Positions 11,325-23,034 of a stretch of 30,618 bases of DNA are shown piece after piece. Location: NCBI GenBank assembly GCA_051453625.1, contig JBOZIK010000001.1, positions 1,369,884 to 1,400,501 on the forward strand. Reading direction: 5' to 3'. The DNA is from Welwitschia mirabilis (Eukaryota). The translations under genes were made by a program, and so were the position numbers. Position 1 is the stretch's first letter, and every line of letters begins with the position of its first letter. Under the pieces are notes generated by a model that was given only the letters and a program-made list of their open reading frames with translations, did not search any database and had not been told where the DNA came from.

Positions 11325-12240
11325 TGTTGTAAACCCATTGAAGGCATGAAAGAGAAGAAGGAAAATTAATTTTCAAAGAAAATATTGTATCTTAAACCTA
11401 AGAATAATGTAAGAAAATAAACATGTAATACAAATGCAAATGAAACCTAATCTAGACGAACACTTATCCGATTACCAAATCGATTTGTGAGGAAGATTGG
11501 CCCTGCATAACCTGAATCAACTAAGCAACCCTAACTAACTTAAGCTATCAAGTAAGTTGAATAGAATGTAATGCAAGTTAATTTAAAAATGCACTTAAAC
11601 TAATATTTTCAACCTTAATAAAGTTTGCCCTTAAGACCTATATCGTAAGTAAAACTGTCACTGAATTAAGAACAACATAAGACATAAGGAATATTAAAAA
11701 GTATTAATGAATAAAGGAAAGAGATTTTATATTATCAAACTATCATCTAGGTTTGCATAGTCCAACACCAAGGAGACATCTCACTACAACTACTTAAGAT
11801 GGATCTCCTGCCTGTCGATCTTCTATCATGAGAATCTCCAGTGAATCAAAGATTCAAAGGAGGATAGAAGGGGAGGTTTAATTATACAACAAGGAAAACA
11901 TAATCGTCACTCAAGGAGTAATGGTCACACTAGAAAATGTGATCAATCCTGAGAAAGAATGAATGAAATGGATGAAAGTTGGTAAGCTATTTCAGTGTCA
12001 TCTTGAATGTCGTCTAGATGACTAAGGAGATGATGATAGCTATTAAGGCTTCATGTAAGCTGCTCGATTTATCTTGTAATCTTTCCATGTTAGCAAGTAC
12101 TCTAGTATCATGCTGACTGTCATTTGGATGATGAAGGGGATAGTGGACTCTCTGAAAAACTTCTTGAATTATTCTAGCTCTTAGTTTCCATCATCTTTTC
12201 TTTAGACAACTAGTGTTTATGAATTGTTTTAAATACTTAT
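11325..12240 (-). mobile_element. LTR-retrotransposon-like fragment, less decayed than its flanks
   Basis: Abrupt TGTTGTA at 11325 with the inverted copy TACAACA at 11885-11891. The minus strand ends ...gggtttacaaca after a T-rich U5-like tract. Several CpGs are retained, and coding-like minus-strand sequence continues to ~12195. No TSD. Confidence 0.3.
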
Positions 12241-12574
12241 AAAATGTGATAGAGTTTATATGATTCCAAGACTTTTTTTCTAACTCTTTAAATAATAGAA
12301 ATTCAGCATAAACCTGTCTAATGTCCTATAAAATAACTCATAAAACCCTATCAAATACACACAATTTGGTAATGCATTAGCTATATTTAATATTTTAAAC
12401 GAAGCTAACTAAAATAAAGAAATCATGATTTGATGTAATTAAAATATTAATGGATTTAAAATTTTAAATATATGATACTATTACATTTATTAACTATGAG
12501 AGTCCTATGTCTCTCACTATGTTTTTTGGACTTTTTCTTAAAGATATTATTTAAAAAATGCATTGTAGATGCAG

Positions 12575-13170
12575 CGTAAAACTAGTCAACAAGATTGGTA
12601 ATGAAAATGGAAATAGGTCAAGCTTATCATGATAGTGGAAATAATGACATTTGTTATAGCTAGTCTCATACTTTAGGTTATTATTTTGATCATCCAAAAT
12701 GATTTTTCATTGATATTTACAACTAGCCAAGAAGTTAAAAAAGAAGTATGTAAACTTACATATTTTCTAGCACCCATCATTTTATTAAGCATTGTAAAGC
12801 TCATTCTTATGAATAAGGTAATTCCTTTGATTACAAACTGGATGCTTAAATTTTAATATTCACATCAGAAAGTGCATGCAAGAATACAATGTAAAAGTCA
12901 TAATCATGATAGGATGGTAATTACTAGTAGCATATGTGAATATTTTGTACTACTAGAGAGTTTTATTTAAAGTTCTTCGAGCATGAATATTCTACTTTTA
13001 GGTCATTAGAATATGAACAGGGATGATTTGTAAATAACTATGCATATGATGATGCTTACAACCTTAACTTATTAATGTGAGTGGCACGTTAAGATTTCCA
13101 TTCATTTAAGATGCTTATGTAACTTGAAGTTAGATTGCTATACTAAGATGGTGCTAACACATGGCTAGGA
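12575..13170 (+). pseudogene. MATE/DTX efflux transporter pseudogene fragment (C-terminal exons, introns retained)
   Basis: After gcag: VKLVNKIGNENG (VRVANELGAGNG)...IFTTSQEVKKEVCKLTYFLAPIILLSIVKLIL. A degenerate intron follows (~12812-12894), then VIIMIGW*LLVAYVNILYY*RVLFKVLRA*IFYF*VIRI*TGMIC (GVAxGxGWQxxVAYVNxxCYYxxGxPxGxxxGWxFxxGVxGIWxGMI) and CEW near 13076. Multiple stops. Confidence 0.85.
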
Positions 13171-14123
13171 TAGTTGGTAGGCTCTCCTTCCTTTTCTACT
13201 TTCACAAATTAGAAGCCACTTGAGTCTTCCATCTTTTATTATTAAAACACTTATAACATAGAACTATAGATATTTTTAATGATTTATAATGGTTTTCATT
13301 TAATTTAATTCATATTGATACAAAATAAATCTTCTAATTTGGATCTCTGTTAATAGTCATAGCTAGATTAAGTTGATAAGTAATCCATATTCTTTGAAAC
13401 ATATATAAGTCATTACATATTAGAAATATAAAAAAAATAGCTAATTTAACTCAAGTATGTAGATAAATTGAGTACATAAATACATAAGAGTAAGTGTTTA
13501 ATAATCTTATTAGATATTTCCTTAAAAAATCTTTGAGAATTTTAAAAGATACTTTTTTCTTTATGAAATAAATAGATAATTTAATTTTCAAGAGAAAAAT
13601 TGGAAAGAACGATTATTCTTTTTAATAAACATACATAATGGAATATTTGTGATGAGTATATCAATAAGAAAATTTTAAAAGAAATTCTTAATAGTGATAT
13701 AATTAATTAACTCCTCAAACCAACATTAGGTAATAATCAATTACTATTGTATTGGTTTAAAGTTCATAATGATATATAATTATTTTCTAAAGGATGTATG
13801 AAATGTAAAAAATGGAGATACTTAGATGCAATGAAATTTATAAATATTGAGCCAAGTAACCTAGTAAATTTATTTAGTTCAAGTGATATAAGCATTAAGA
13901 GTACATTAAAATCTTAGAAAAATACAAAAACAAAACAAAGAGAAGAGACTTCCAAAATTTACCTAAAGAATTCACTTTTATGAAAAGCAAATAGATTACT
14001 TCATTTTTTTATTTATAAACATTTATGATATAGCTAATTTCCAAATATAGATATCAGATATTCATAACAATTACATAATCTTTTCTCAAAATATTTAACT
14101 AAAATTTATATTGATCCATTATA

Positions 14124-14304
14124 TGGGAATCTAATTGGTGAGGCACTCATCCTTAATTCAAGAGGTTATGGGATTAAATCTTTGGATACCATGCTTAGCA
14201 TACTTAATGAAAATTATTTATTTGGATTATCACAATGGTTGTACATTTAAGAGGAAGTACAATCACTGAAGCTTTAAGTTCAACATCACTCATAATTTTT
14301 TTTT
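14124..14304 (+). mobile_element. Degenerate tRNA-derived SINE-like element
   Basis: A-box-like tctaattggtgagg (~14130), B-box-like gggattaaatc (14170-14180), a ~115-nt body and a T9 run at 14296-14304. The T run may instead be the LINE poly(A). Confidence 0.35.
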
Positions 14305-16631
14305 AAAATGAAAATATATATTTAGGGAATGCAAAACCTTAAAAGGAGGTTTTATTAATATTATAAGAATTAGATTTACAACATTTAAAGATGAAAAAAA
14401 GCCAATAACTCAAAATGTATAATAGTTAGTGGCTAAATTGCAGAAGAATAGAAGAAAAAGCACTATCAAAGAGAAAAAAAAAAGCAAGCCAGAACTATGT
14501 CAACTTTAATTTGATGGAAACTGAAGCATTAGTAATTACATCAAAGAATTTTCCTATAACTACTTCTTCGCTAGAGGGGCATAAATATGAAAAGATATTG
14601 ATCAAAAAATACTGCATTTTTCCTATATATTGAAGAAAAATAAAGTGGAGGCATTTTGTTTTTTAAAATGTAAATCACATGTTCTCTTTCATATGAAATA
14701 CATAATTCATGATCTGATAACATTCCATAGCAAAAGCTAAGCTGAGCCTAAATTCCAATTAGTTTTCAAAAGAATGGAGTCCAAATTTATTGTAATATAA
14801 GGATGAATAAGAGAATCCTAATTTCATGATTTTTTGGTAAATAGGCAATAAACAAAAACATGCAGAAAATCATTCCCTTGATGGTAAAATATATAATATA
14901 TATCTAACACTCCCAAGTGTTATAGGTGATTACCTATAACAAGGCCTTGAAAAATTAGGTACCAAAGAAAGTTATTGATCTTGAAAAGAATTGAAAGCTT
15001 CCACATTATCCTTAAAGTAGAAATCCAAAGAGAGAATGCATGTCGCATGTGCCATTTGTGATTATTAATAGGCATTACATTGGTTGCCTTTAATAGAAAA
15101 GTGTAAGATAAGACAAGCATGGATAAAAAACTATTGAAATTTAATAAAAGCTTTTTGAAGGCTATTAAAATTTCCATAAGTACATTGAAAATACTTTAAG
15201 CCTATCCAAACATTTCCTATCCATAAGTTTCATAGAGAGCTCAATCCTTTATTAAATCATGTTTCAACTAGCTTGGGTTTGTAATTACCAAAGGAGCAAG
15301 AGTAAGAAGTAACCAACAAGGAATAATATATTGATGTAAAAATGTAGGAATTTTCATATGTGTCCAAGAAACAAAAGAATAAAGCCTTTGTCAAGCCTTT
15401 TAAATGCTTTAGAACCATGTTTGCCTTCAATGATAATCTCGGTTGGAGGTAAAAACTAATTAATTAGATGAGTATTCTTATATATTTGGTAGTTCTTAAG
15501 AAATTAATTCTTAAGCCTAAGCACTAATAAAGTAGAAACTAGGGAAGTAGAAACGAATGAAGAACCCATTTTGCATCTAAACTAACTCCTTGGGAATATA
15601 AATCAATGAAACATAAACCACTCTGTGATTTAGGTAAGGTTATAATATCCCAAGAAATTCGATGAAAATATTTTTTACCTTCTTCATAAGACTACATAAA
15701 TCTTTAAAGCAATTTTTATAGTTTTGAATAAGCAGCTTTTGAAGAAGCTCAATAACAAGAATAATAAACTTAGGTAGATGAAATAAAAGATTTGGAAACC
15801 AAATACTAACTTACTAGGAAAAGACATTTTGTCCTTCACTTTTTCCCTTTCATTTAAATTCTCTATAATGTACAATTCCATAGCTTATCATAAGGACTTT
15901 TAATAAGAAAAGAATATCTAAAAGTTTTATAAGTTTTGCTTCCTATAAAATCTAGCAAGACTAATGTAGAAGATAATTGGTAATTATCACCTATCATATA
16001 AAGTAAATATTTTTATGAAATAATTTCACTTCTTGATAAATGAAAATACTATTGAATATGAATGAAAAGATGAGTAATAAATTGTTGATCATTTTACCAT
16101 GAAAAAAGAATCATCAGCAAAATGTAAATTTAATAATTGTTGCATCGTGTCTCTCAATGAAATTATCCTTACTAAGCCCTATTGCATATCATATTGAAAA
16201 ACTTAACAAAGAGAATCAACAGCAATGATAAAAAGATAAAGAGCCAAAGGATAATCTTGTCTAATATAGCAGTGGATAAGAAAGGAAGAACTTGCATCAA
16301 AGGAAGTAGCTATACAAACGTGTGCATTAGCAAAGAAACACTACACCATATGAAGAAATTAGAATCTAAAACATAAATTTTCAATATAATCCAAAATGAA
16401 ATTCCATTTAATTTTATCATATGCTTTGTCATAATTGAGGTTAATAAAGGCGATATCCTCATTACAATTAAGTACCCACTCATGTCCTTTCCAAGATGTC
16501 ACAATATTAAAAAGAATATGTCTTCTTGAAATAAAACTTATTTGTTGCTTTGCGATAATATATAGAAGAATTTTTAAGCTTGTGATAATATCCAAAATAA
16601 TGTTCTAAGTAACCTTTAATAAAGTAATAGA
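14296..16631 (-). mobile_element. L1-clade LINE, 3' part: RT, zinc-finger-like C-terminus, 3' UTR and short poly(A)
   Basis: Minus strand gives SITLLKVT*NII; QQISFISRRHILFNI; INLNYDKAYDKIKWNFI (ORF 16359-16595); NLHFADDSFF (FADD at 16110-16121); ISWDIITLPKSQSGLCFID; YIFYHQGNDFLHVFVYC (CxxC..HxFxxC). AATAAA at ~14351-14356 and A9 at 14296-14304. Confidence 0.92.
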
Positions 16632-17941
16632 TTTTAACATGTAAAACTAATCATTTTTTCAGGCATTCTAGGCCAATTTACCATAATTAAAGACATTAAT
16701 TTAACTATTTTAATCATAAAAACATGTTTTCTATCCTTTTAAATGCCATACTTGACATTATGTATTTTTCCATGACATTTTTAGGTCATAAGCCATATTT
16801 TTGAGTATAAACCATAAGATGGACCTAATCCAATGCAAAACGTTGGTGGTGTATGGGGGAATCGATTAATTCAGGAGAATTACTTCCAAATTTATGGCTT
16901 AGATTCACCATGGAGAGATGATTCATTTTTTCTTGTGGGCCTAGTCATTTGTTGTACTAGAATTTATTGTTATATCCTGCTAAAAGATGATAAAAAATCC
17001 AAATCCACCAACAACCACTACAAGACAAGAAGTTTAACCACCTTAAAAATCACTATAAGATAAAAACCACAAACACCCCAACTTAGCCTTTTTAATAAAA
17101 AGGCCCAAGCACCTCACTTTTTATTCATCCTTGGCCATTCAAGAGCATTCATTCTTGGAGTGAAGAAGCCAGCTATCATGTCTTTTTAAGTCCTCCCTTT
17201 TGGGAATGGACTAGTCTTGATGCTAACATGATGTTTCATTCTCAAGACTGAGTGTTTCCTTCTTTGATATAATGCATTGTTCTAGTTTTTTATAATAAAT
17301 ATTATAGTTTCATTTTTTTAATTTAAAGTTATCCTTCATTTCATACTTCTAATGCTTGAGTTGGAATTACATTTTGTTAAGTTATTATTATTTCTTAAGT
17401 GAATTTTTTGGATTTATTTTCTAGTTTTTGTTTGATGATTTATGGGATTTATTTCCTATTTTCTATGCTTATGAATAAGCTATGATGAACTAGAGTGAGA
17501 GGAAAATCTCATGAACGCTCATGTGATGAATGAAATAATGTTACCACGATTTGAGACTCATGGAAGTTGACATCATTAATGCTTATTATGAAAGTTTACA
17601 GTAAATCATTAAAGAGATATCTCTTGTTTAATTGAAATACTCATGTTGGTTTTAAAATGTTATGTTCAATTTACAAGATCTCATTTATTTAATTTCTCTT
17701 TCACATTCTTGACTTGAAGTTTGTTTAAATATTTTGCTAGAATAGTGGTGTCATTTTACGGTTTTTCTGTCACATTTATACCTGAGGAAACAATAATAGA
17801 AAAACTTTAGTTTAATGAAAGTATTAGTATTTATTAGTAAAAACTGGATATGATCATGTAAGATTTGTATCCCTAAGGCAATCTTATGATTTATCATACA
17901 TTAACGAGAGATATAAGTATAGTCAAATTTCACCATGAATA
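16632..17941 (+). repeat. 5' LTR (1310 bp)
   Basis: Starts ttttaacatgtaaaa (3' LTR starts tgttaacatgtaaaa). Collinear with 23035-24390 throughout; ends ...catgaata just before the PBS. Confidence 0.92.
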
Positions 17942-17947
17942 GTATTT

Positions 17948-17965
17948 TGGTACCATTATCAAGGA
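17948..17965 (+). promoter_or_regulatory. Primer-binding site, tRNA-Asp type, deaminated
   Basis: tggtaccattatcaagga versus the Athila consensus TGGCGCCGTTGCCGGGGA: 11/18 identical, and all 7 differences are C>T or G>A. Lies 6 nt after the LTR end. Confidence 0.8.
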
Positions 17966-18631
17966 TGATGACATAGTATCTATAGTGGAGCATCCATAAG
18001 TTTCATTTTCTTCAATTCTGTTTTAGCATTTTTCATTTTCTGTACTCTTCAGTATGTGGTACTGATCCTTTTCTAGTGATACCCTATTTGGTCCTCTAAT
18101 GTGGAATAGCTAGTCTATGTAGGTTTTTGCTACTCGCTTTCTCTTAAACCAAGGCTAAAGCAATGAAATTGGAAAAATAAAAGAAAATTGGAAACGAAAA
18201 AATAAAGAAGAAACCTCTTTTTCTCTTTTCTATTCTACAAATATCATTCTTTCTCGATTTTGTTTTTAGTACTATGTATGAATAGATTTAAATTTTTGAT
18301 TTCTATTAGTTTCTATAATTCTATTTTTCTGGGGTTTCTTATATTTTCATTTGATTTTAAGCACTATAATTTTAATTTATATTACTAGTTTTCTGTTGCT
18401 TTTTAAGAGAACTATATTATGCTACTCTAAAAATTAAAATACTCTTTTTCTAAGCCTTCTTTGCCTGAACCATTGATGTCGTATCACCCACCTTTTTTGA
18501 GAAACTCATCTTGAAACTTTACTCAGTTTGTCATCTAGCCTTTCTTAATATTTTTTGATATTGGGTCCCTTCTATAACCTCAGAGAGTTATATGCATTGG
18601 AGACACAACTCTTATAGTTAGATTATATAGT

Positions 18632-20990
18632 ATGTCTTCTGACCTCCAAATGGATTTTAACAATAACAATAAAAAGGGACCCTCCTCTAAGAATCATTCA
18701 TATGAAGCATCTCAAGAGGAATAACACATAAATGAATAATATGCTTTCTTAAATCTTTAGATTAATAACACAATCCCTTTCTCAACCACTTGGTTTTTCT
18801 AATAGGTTCAATCCCATTTTTTAAATCAACCACCATTCCAAAGTTCTAGTTTCTATAATCAATCAAACTTCATTAATAACCATTTCCCTAGGCAAACCTT
18901 TAAATATTATCTTCAATCCTAATGTTTAAAAATGCCTTCATGCATAATTTAATCTCTAATTACATGCAGATTAGATTTTAAGCCAGTCATCATTAAAATT
19001 CTTCTAGACTTTCATGGCCTTGAAGTTAAAGATTCATACTTACATTTGAAAGAATTTGAATGTCTACTCTTAACTTTACCATAATTTGCCAACATAGGTA
19101 ATGCACTTAGGTTGATCTTATTCCCTTTCACTTTAAAGGAAAAAGCTAAACCCTGGTTGTATACCTTAAAATCTACCTCTATCACAAATTGGGTCAACTT
19201 TAATACATCCTTCCTCACTAAATTATCTTTATTCATAAAATGAATGCACTTAGAAGAAAGATAATGAACTTTCAATAAAAAAAAAATGAAATATTCTCTC
19301 AGATTTTAGAAAGATTCAAAGATCTACTCTTCCTATAACATGATTTTAAACAAGAGAGAATAATTAGTTTTTTTCTAAAGGACTATCCTCAAATCACAGG
19401 AAACTAGTAGAAATGATGTGTAGAGATATTTTCTTTAATCTTAAAATAGATGAAGTCTAGGATTATTTAGAATTGATTTCTAAATGTTCAAAGAACTAGA
19501 AAAATCCTAATGCACCTTTTAAGTCCCATTATGTAAGTAAATCTACTAGTGTTTTTAAGGTTCTATATAACTTTGATGTTAATAACAAAATAGATGAACT
19601 ATCTAGAAAACTTAAATCCCTCACCACATAGCCCAAGACTATAACCTCTAAGCCCACATATTAGTATGTCATGTTGACACCATAAAACTTCTAAATTCTT
19701 TTCCATTCCTATCTTTCAAAACATAGTAAATGAGTAAGTTAATGTGATAGGACAAGACTATCATAACCAAAAAGAAAACAACTCCCTTTCGAACACTTAT
19801 AACCTGAAGTGGAGGAATCATCCAAATTTTTTATAGAAATAGGATGATAATAATAATAGCCACCCTTTAACTAGTTAACCTAAGAACCAATTTTCCTCTC
19901 CTTTCAATTATTACCCATCCATATCTAACCAGTATCCCTCATCATCAACTCACCTACCTTCATCAACCAATTCTTTAGAGGACACTTTTAATAAGTTTAT
20001 GAAGTTACAAATGCAAAGTATCTAGAGATTAGAAGAAAACATTCACAATATAAACCAAATAACCATCTATATTCTTTCTACCCTTGATTAACGAAAATAA
20101 GGAAAACTTCCTATAAGCCTTAAACCTAATCCTAAAGGTGTTAAGACATTAAGATAGTAGACAGAGTATTTAATAGTTTCATTAAGGAGAATAAAGCCAT
20201 TCATATTAAGAGTGGAAATAAAATTCATTAAGATTTAAACCAAGACCAGATGTAAAAGGAAGAAATATTAATAAAGACCAGTTAAAAAAAGTAAATGGAA
20301 AAAGAGATTGAAAAGCCAACACCAACTTACGAAGAATCTTTATCATTTCCTTAACAATGTAGAAAAGAGAACATTACAATGAAGTAATTAGAGGCCTTCG
20401 AAATTTTTAAGGAAGTAGAAATTAGCATTCTTGTATTAGAAGTTATAAAACAGGTGACTTCATACATTAAATTCCTTAAAGGCGTGTGTTCTATTAAGAG
20501 ATGAATGATTGTTAAGAAAAAGGCTTTTATAGCATAACAAGCTAGCACTATCATATAAAATCAAATTCCTCTTAGTACAAAGGTCCTAGTTTCCCAACAA
20601 CAGCTATTACAATTAGACATAAACACCTTATACAAGCCTTGTTAGACCTCATAGAAATTGTCAACCTCTTATCTTATTATGTTTATCAGGAACTTGACTT
20701 GAATAACATTAAAAGGATCAAACTTCAATTACAATTGGCTGATAATTCTTTGAAGTTACTATTTGGAATAGTAGAAGATGTAATAGTTCAAATTGATAAT
20801 TACCACTTGCTCGTAGACTTCATAGTTTTAGAAATGGAAGTGAGACATCATTTAGTTCCTATTATCTTAGGAAGATCATTTCTTTAAACATCTAATGCTC
20901 TTACCAATTGTAGAAATGGTCTCATGAAAATTTCATTTGGGAATATGATTATGAATTTGAATATCTTCAATACCATAAAACTACTAGGGG
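18632..20990 (+). pseudogene. Athila gag (Retrotrans_gag) and aspartic protease, degenerate
   Basis: LDFHGLEVKDSYLHLKEFE; LRLILFPFTLKEKAKPWLYTLKSTSITNW; ERFKDLL; SNTYNLKWRNHPNF (~19790); GKLPISLKPNPKG; ALLDLIEIVNLL (ALLDLGASVNLL); LQLADNS; VDFIVLEM; PIILGRSFL*TSNALTNCRNGLMKISFGNM. Confidence 0.95.
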
Positions 20991-23000
20991 ATGCTACCAA
21001 AGTAGAATTTGTTGATAGGCTTAATAATGAACTTCATAACCCTAAATTTTCTCCTTATGAATAAATTTTTTTCTCTCCCCATTCATCTTTTGAGTTTGAT
21101 TCTGATTCCAATTATGAAGATGATCCTTCTCTTTATTTAGAATCACACTTTGATGAAAAACATGTTTATTTTAATGCTTTTCAAGAATTATTGGAAAATC
21201 ATAAGAAAGACATTGATTGGACTTCTTTTAATTTTAAACATTTAGACAGAATTATTTGCACTTGCCACATTCTTTTTTGAGTTTTTAGACTCATGTGTAG
21301 AGTCTTCTTATCAAAACATTTTCCTTCCTATGCCATCATTTGACTCCTACTTTCATCATCCTGAGCCTAATAATCATAATATTTCTGAGATTTTCCTCTC
21401 AGATTTCATTAAAAATTCCCTCAGGAGTTAACATTGAATTTGCTTCCTGGTAATTTAGACTTATATTAATTAAATCAATTCATAAGAAACCAAATATTTC
21501 CTAAGGATGCTTATCGCACAAAATGGCCCAAGTATTATCAACTATTTAACCATTTCCTTAAGCCAGTTCATTCATCTATTCCATTTTCAAATAATTGCAT
21601 CAAGCCTACAAACCATCCATCCCTCCCATATGCCTATGAATTTCTAAGACTTAATGATCTTGGTTGATGACCTTCAAGAATAACCAATAATAAGTGATCC
21701 TCTTTTATTTTAAGATTTGTTTGAGGGTAAGAACACTTATGCCTTTTAAGAAAAAGTTGTTCTTATTTTGAGTTATTTTGTTAAGGTTTGCATTCACTTA
21801 GGGTCTTCAATTTGGATGAAAATGTGAAATTTCCACTCTTATGTAGCACTCTTTATTTTTAAGCATTCATGGGGATGATATTATTTCTTTATTAGGATAA
21901 TGAGCTAATGACCCTTCTAAGTGTATATTAAAATAATAACAATACTAAATGATGAGAAGTAGAATGAAAAGAAAAATAAAATATCTTCTCTAGGAGCACA
22001 TTTCTATGTTTGATCAGTTTTATTAGGTTTAGTAACTACATTAGGGTTATGAATGATCACTGATAATGTAACTTTAATGATCTACTTATGGCATATTTAT
22101 TTGCAATAGGGCTAAATGCTCACTAGCAATGCAACACTAAATTCTTCATACACGACATGCTTAACTCTATTAGAAGAAAGTGCCATAACACTGGATGCTT
22201 AATATGAACCAATGCTTAAAATAAAGGCATTGGTTGTTGTAGAAGAGAAATTTTGAAAAGTAGATTAAGGTGGAAATTGGAAATATTTTGTGTTTTGTTT
22301 TTCTTTAATGATTGTACTCACGATTTTCTATACCAATCTTAAATTTGCATGAGTTTGCTTTATTAAAACCTTGTTTGTGTGACATTTGAATTGATAAATA
22401 AAATTAATTTTATTAAATAAGGCCATTATCTTAGACCATAGTCTCTTTTATTCATAGGTTATGTGGTTAAGCTTTCAATTTTATTGCCATTTTCATTTCA
22501 TGATCACTCACATTATCATTTTTACCTCATTCTCATTCTGTGAGGAAGTACATAAGACACCAAGCACTAATTAAGAAAAAACATTAATAAGAAGCTTGAA
22601 AGAATTATGACTCACACAAAGTTGCACTAGTTGGCTATTTGCTTTCATTTACCACTCTATTATTCTAATGTATTTTAGGTTCTCATGCATTGTAAGTTTG
22701 CATTATTTTGCACTATTTTCCTTTCCCTTTTTCTAGTTGTAATAAAATGAAATGAGATGAAGTATCTTTCTTCTAATGATTGCATTTATTTATTCTCAAA
22801 TTTTTCATTTATTTTCTATCTTTTCAAAACTTTGAAGACAAAGTTCAACCTTGGTTAGGGGTATAGCATTCACACTTTAAAAATTTTATTTTTAATGCCT
22901 TATTTTTCAAAAATGGGTCAAAAGTTTTTAAATTTTTTAATCATTTTCATGTTTTTACTCAGAAATTTTTCCCTGTCAGTCATTCTTTATCATATGTTTT

Positions 23001-23034
23001 GCTAAGGGACTAGCAAAAGTTTAGTTGAAGGGCA
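23001..23034 (+). promoter_or_regulatory. Polypurine-tract region abutting the 3' LTR; a second Athila-type copy lies at ~22831-22861
   Basis: gctaagggactagcaaaagtttagttgaagggca immediately precedes TG at 23035. tttgaagacaaagttcaaccttggttagggg resembles the internal GAGGACAA..TGGGGG motif of Athila elements. Confidence 0.7.

Noticed and set aside
14281..14295. Candidate LINE TSD: caacatcactcataa versus tggagttgctcataa at 27080-27094
   Set aside because: Only 7 contiguous identical bases; the rest needs many assumed transitions, and the site is not a canonical L1 target.
16182..16376. 64-aa plus-strand ORF
   Set aside because: Antisense shadow of the LINE RT.
16833..17063. 76-aa ORF inside the 5' LTR (and 23576-23770 in the 3' LTR)
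   Set aside because: The 5' LTR ORF is not conserved as an open frame in the sister LTR, and neither ORF has a recognisable domain.
19012..20554. Minus-strand ORFs 19012-19275 and 20351-20554
   Set aside because: Antisense shadows of the Athila gag/protease region.
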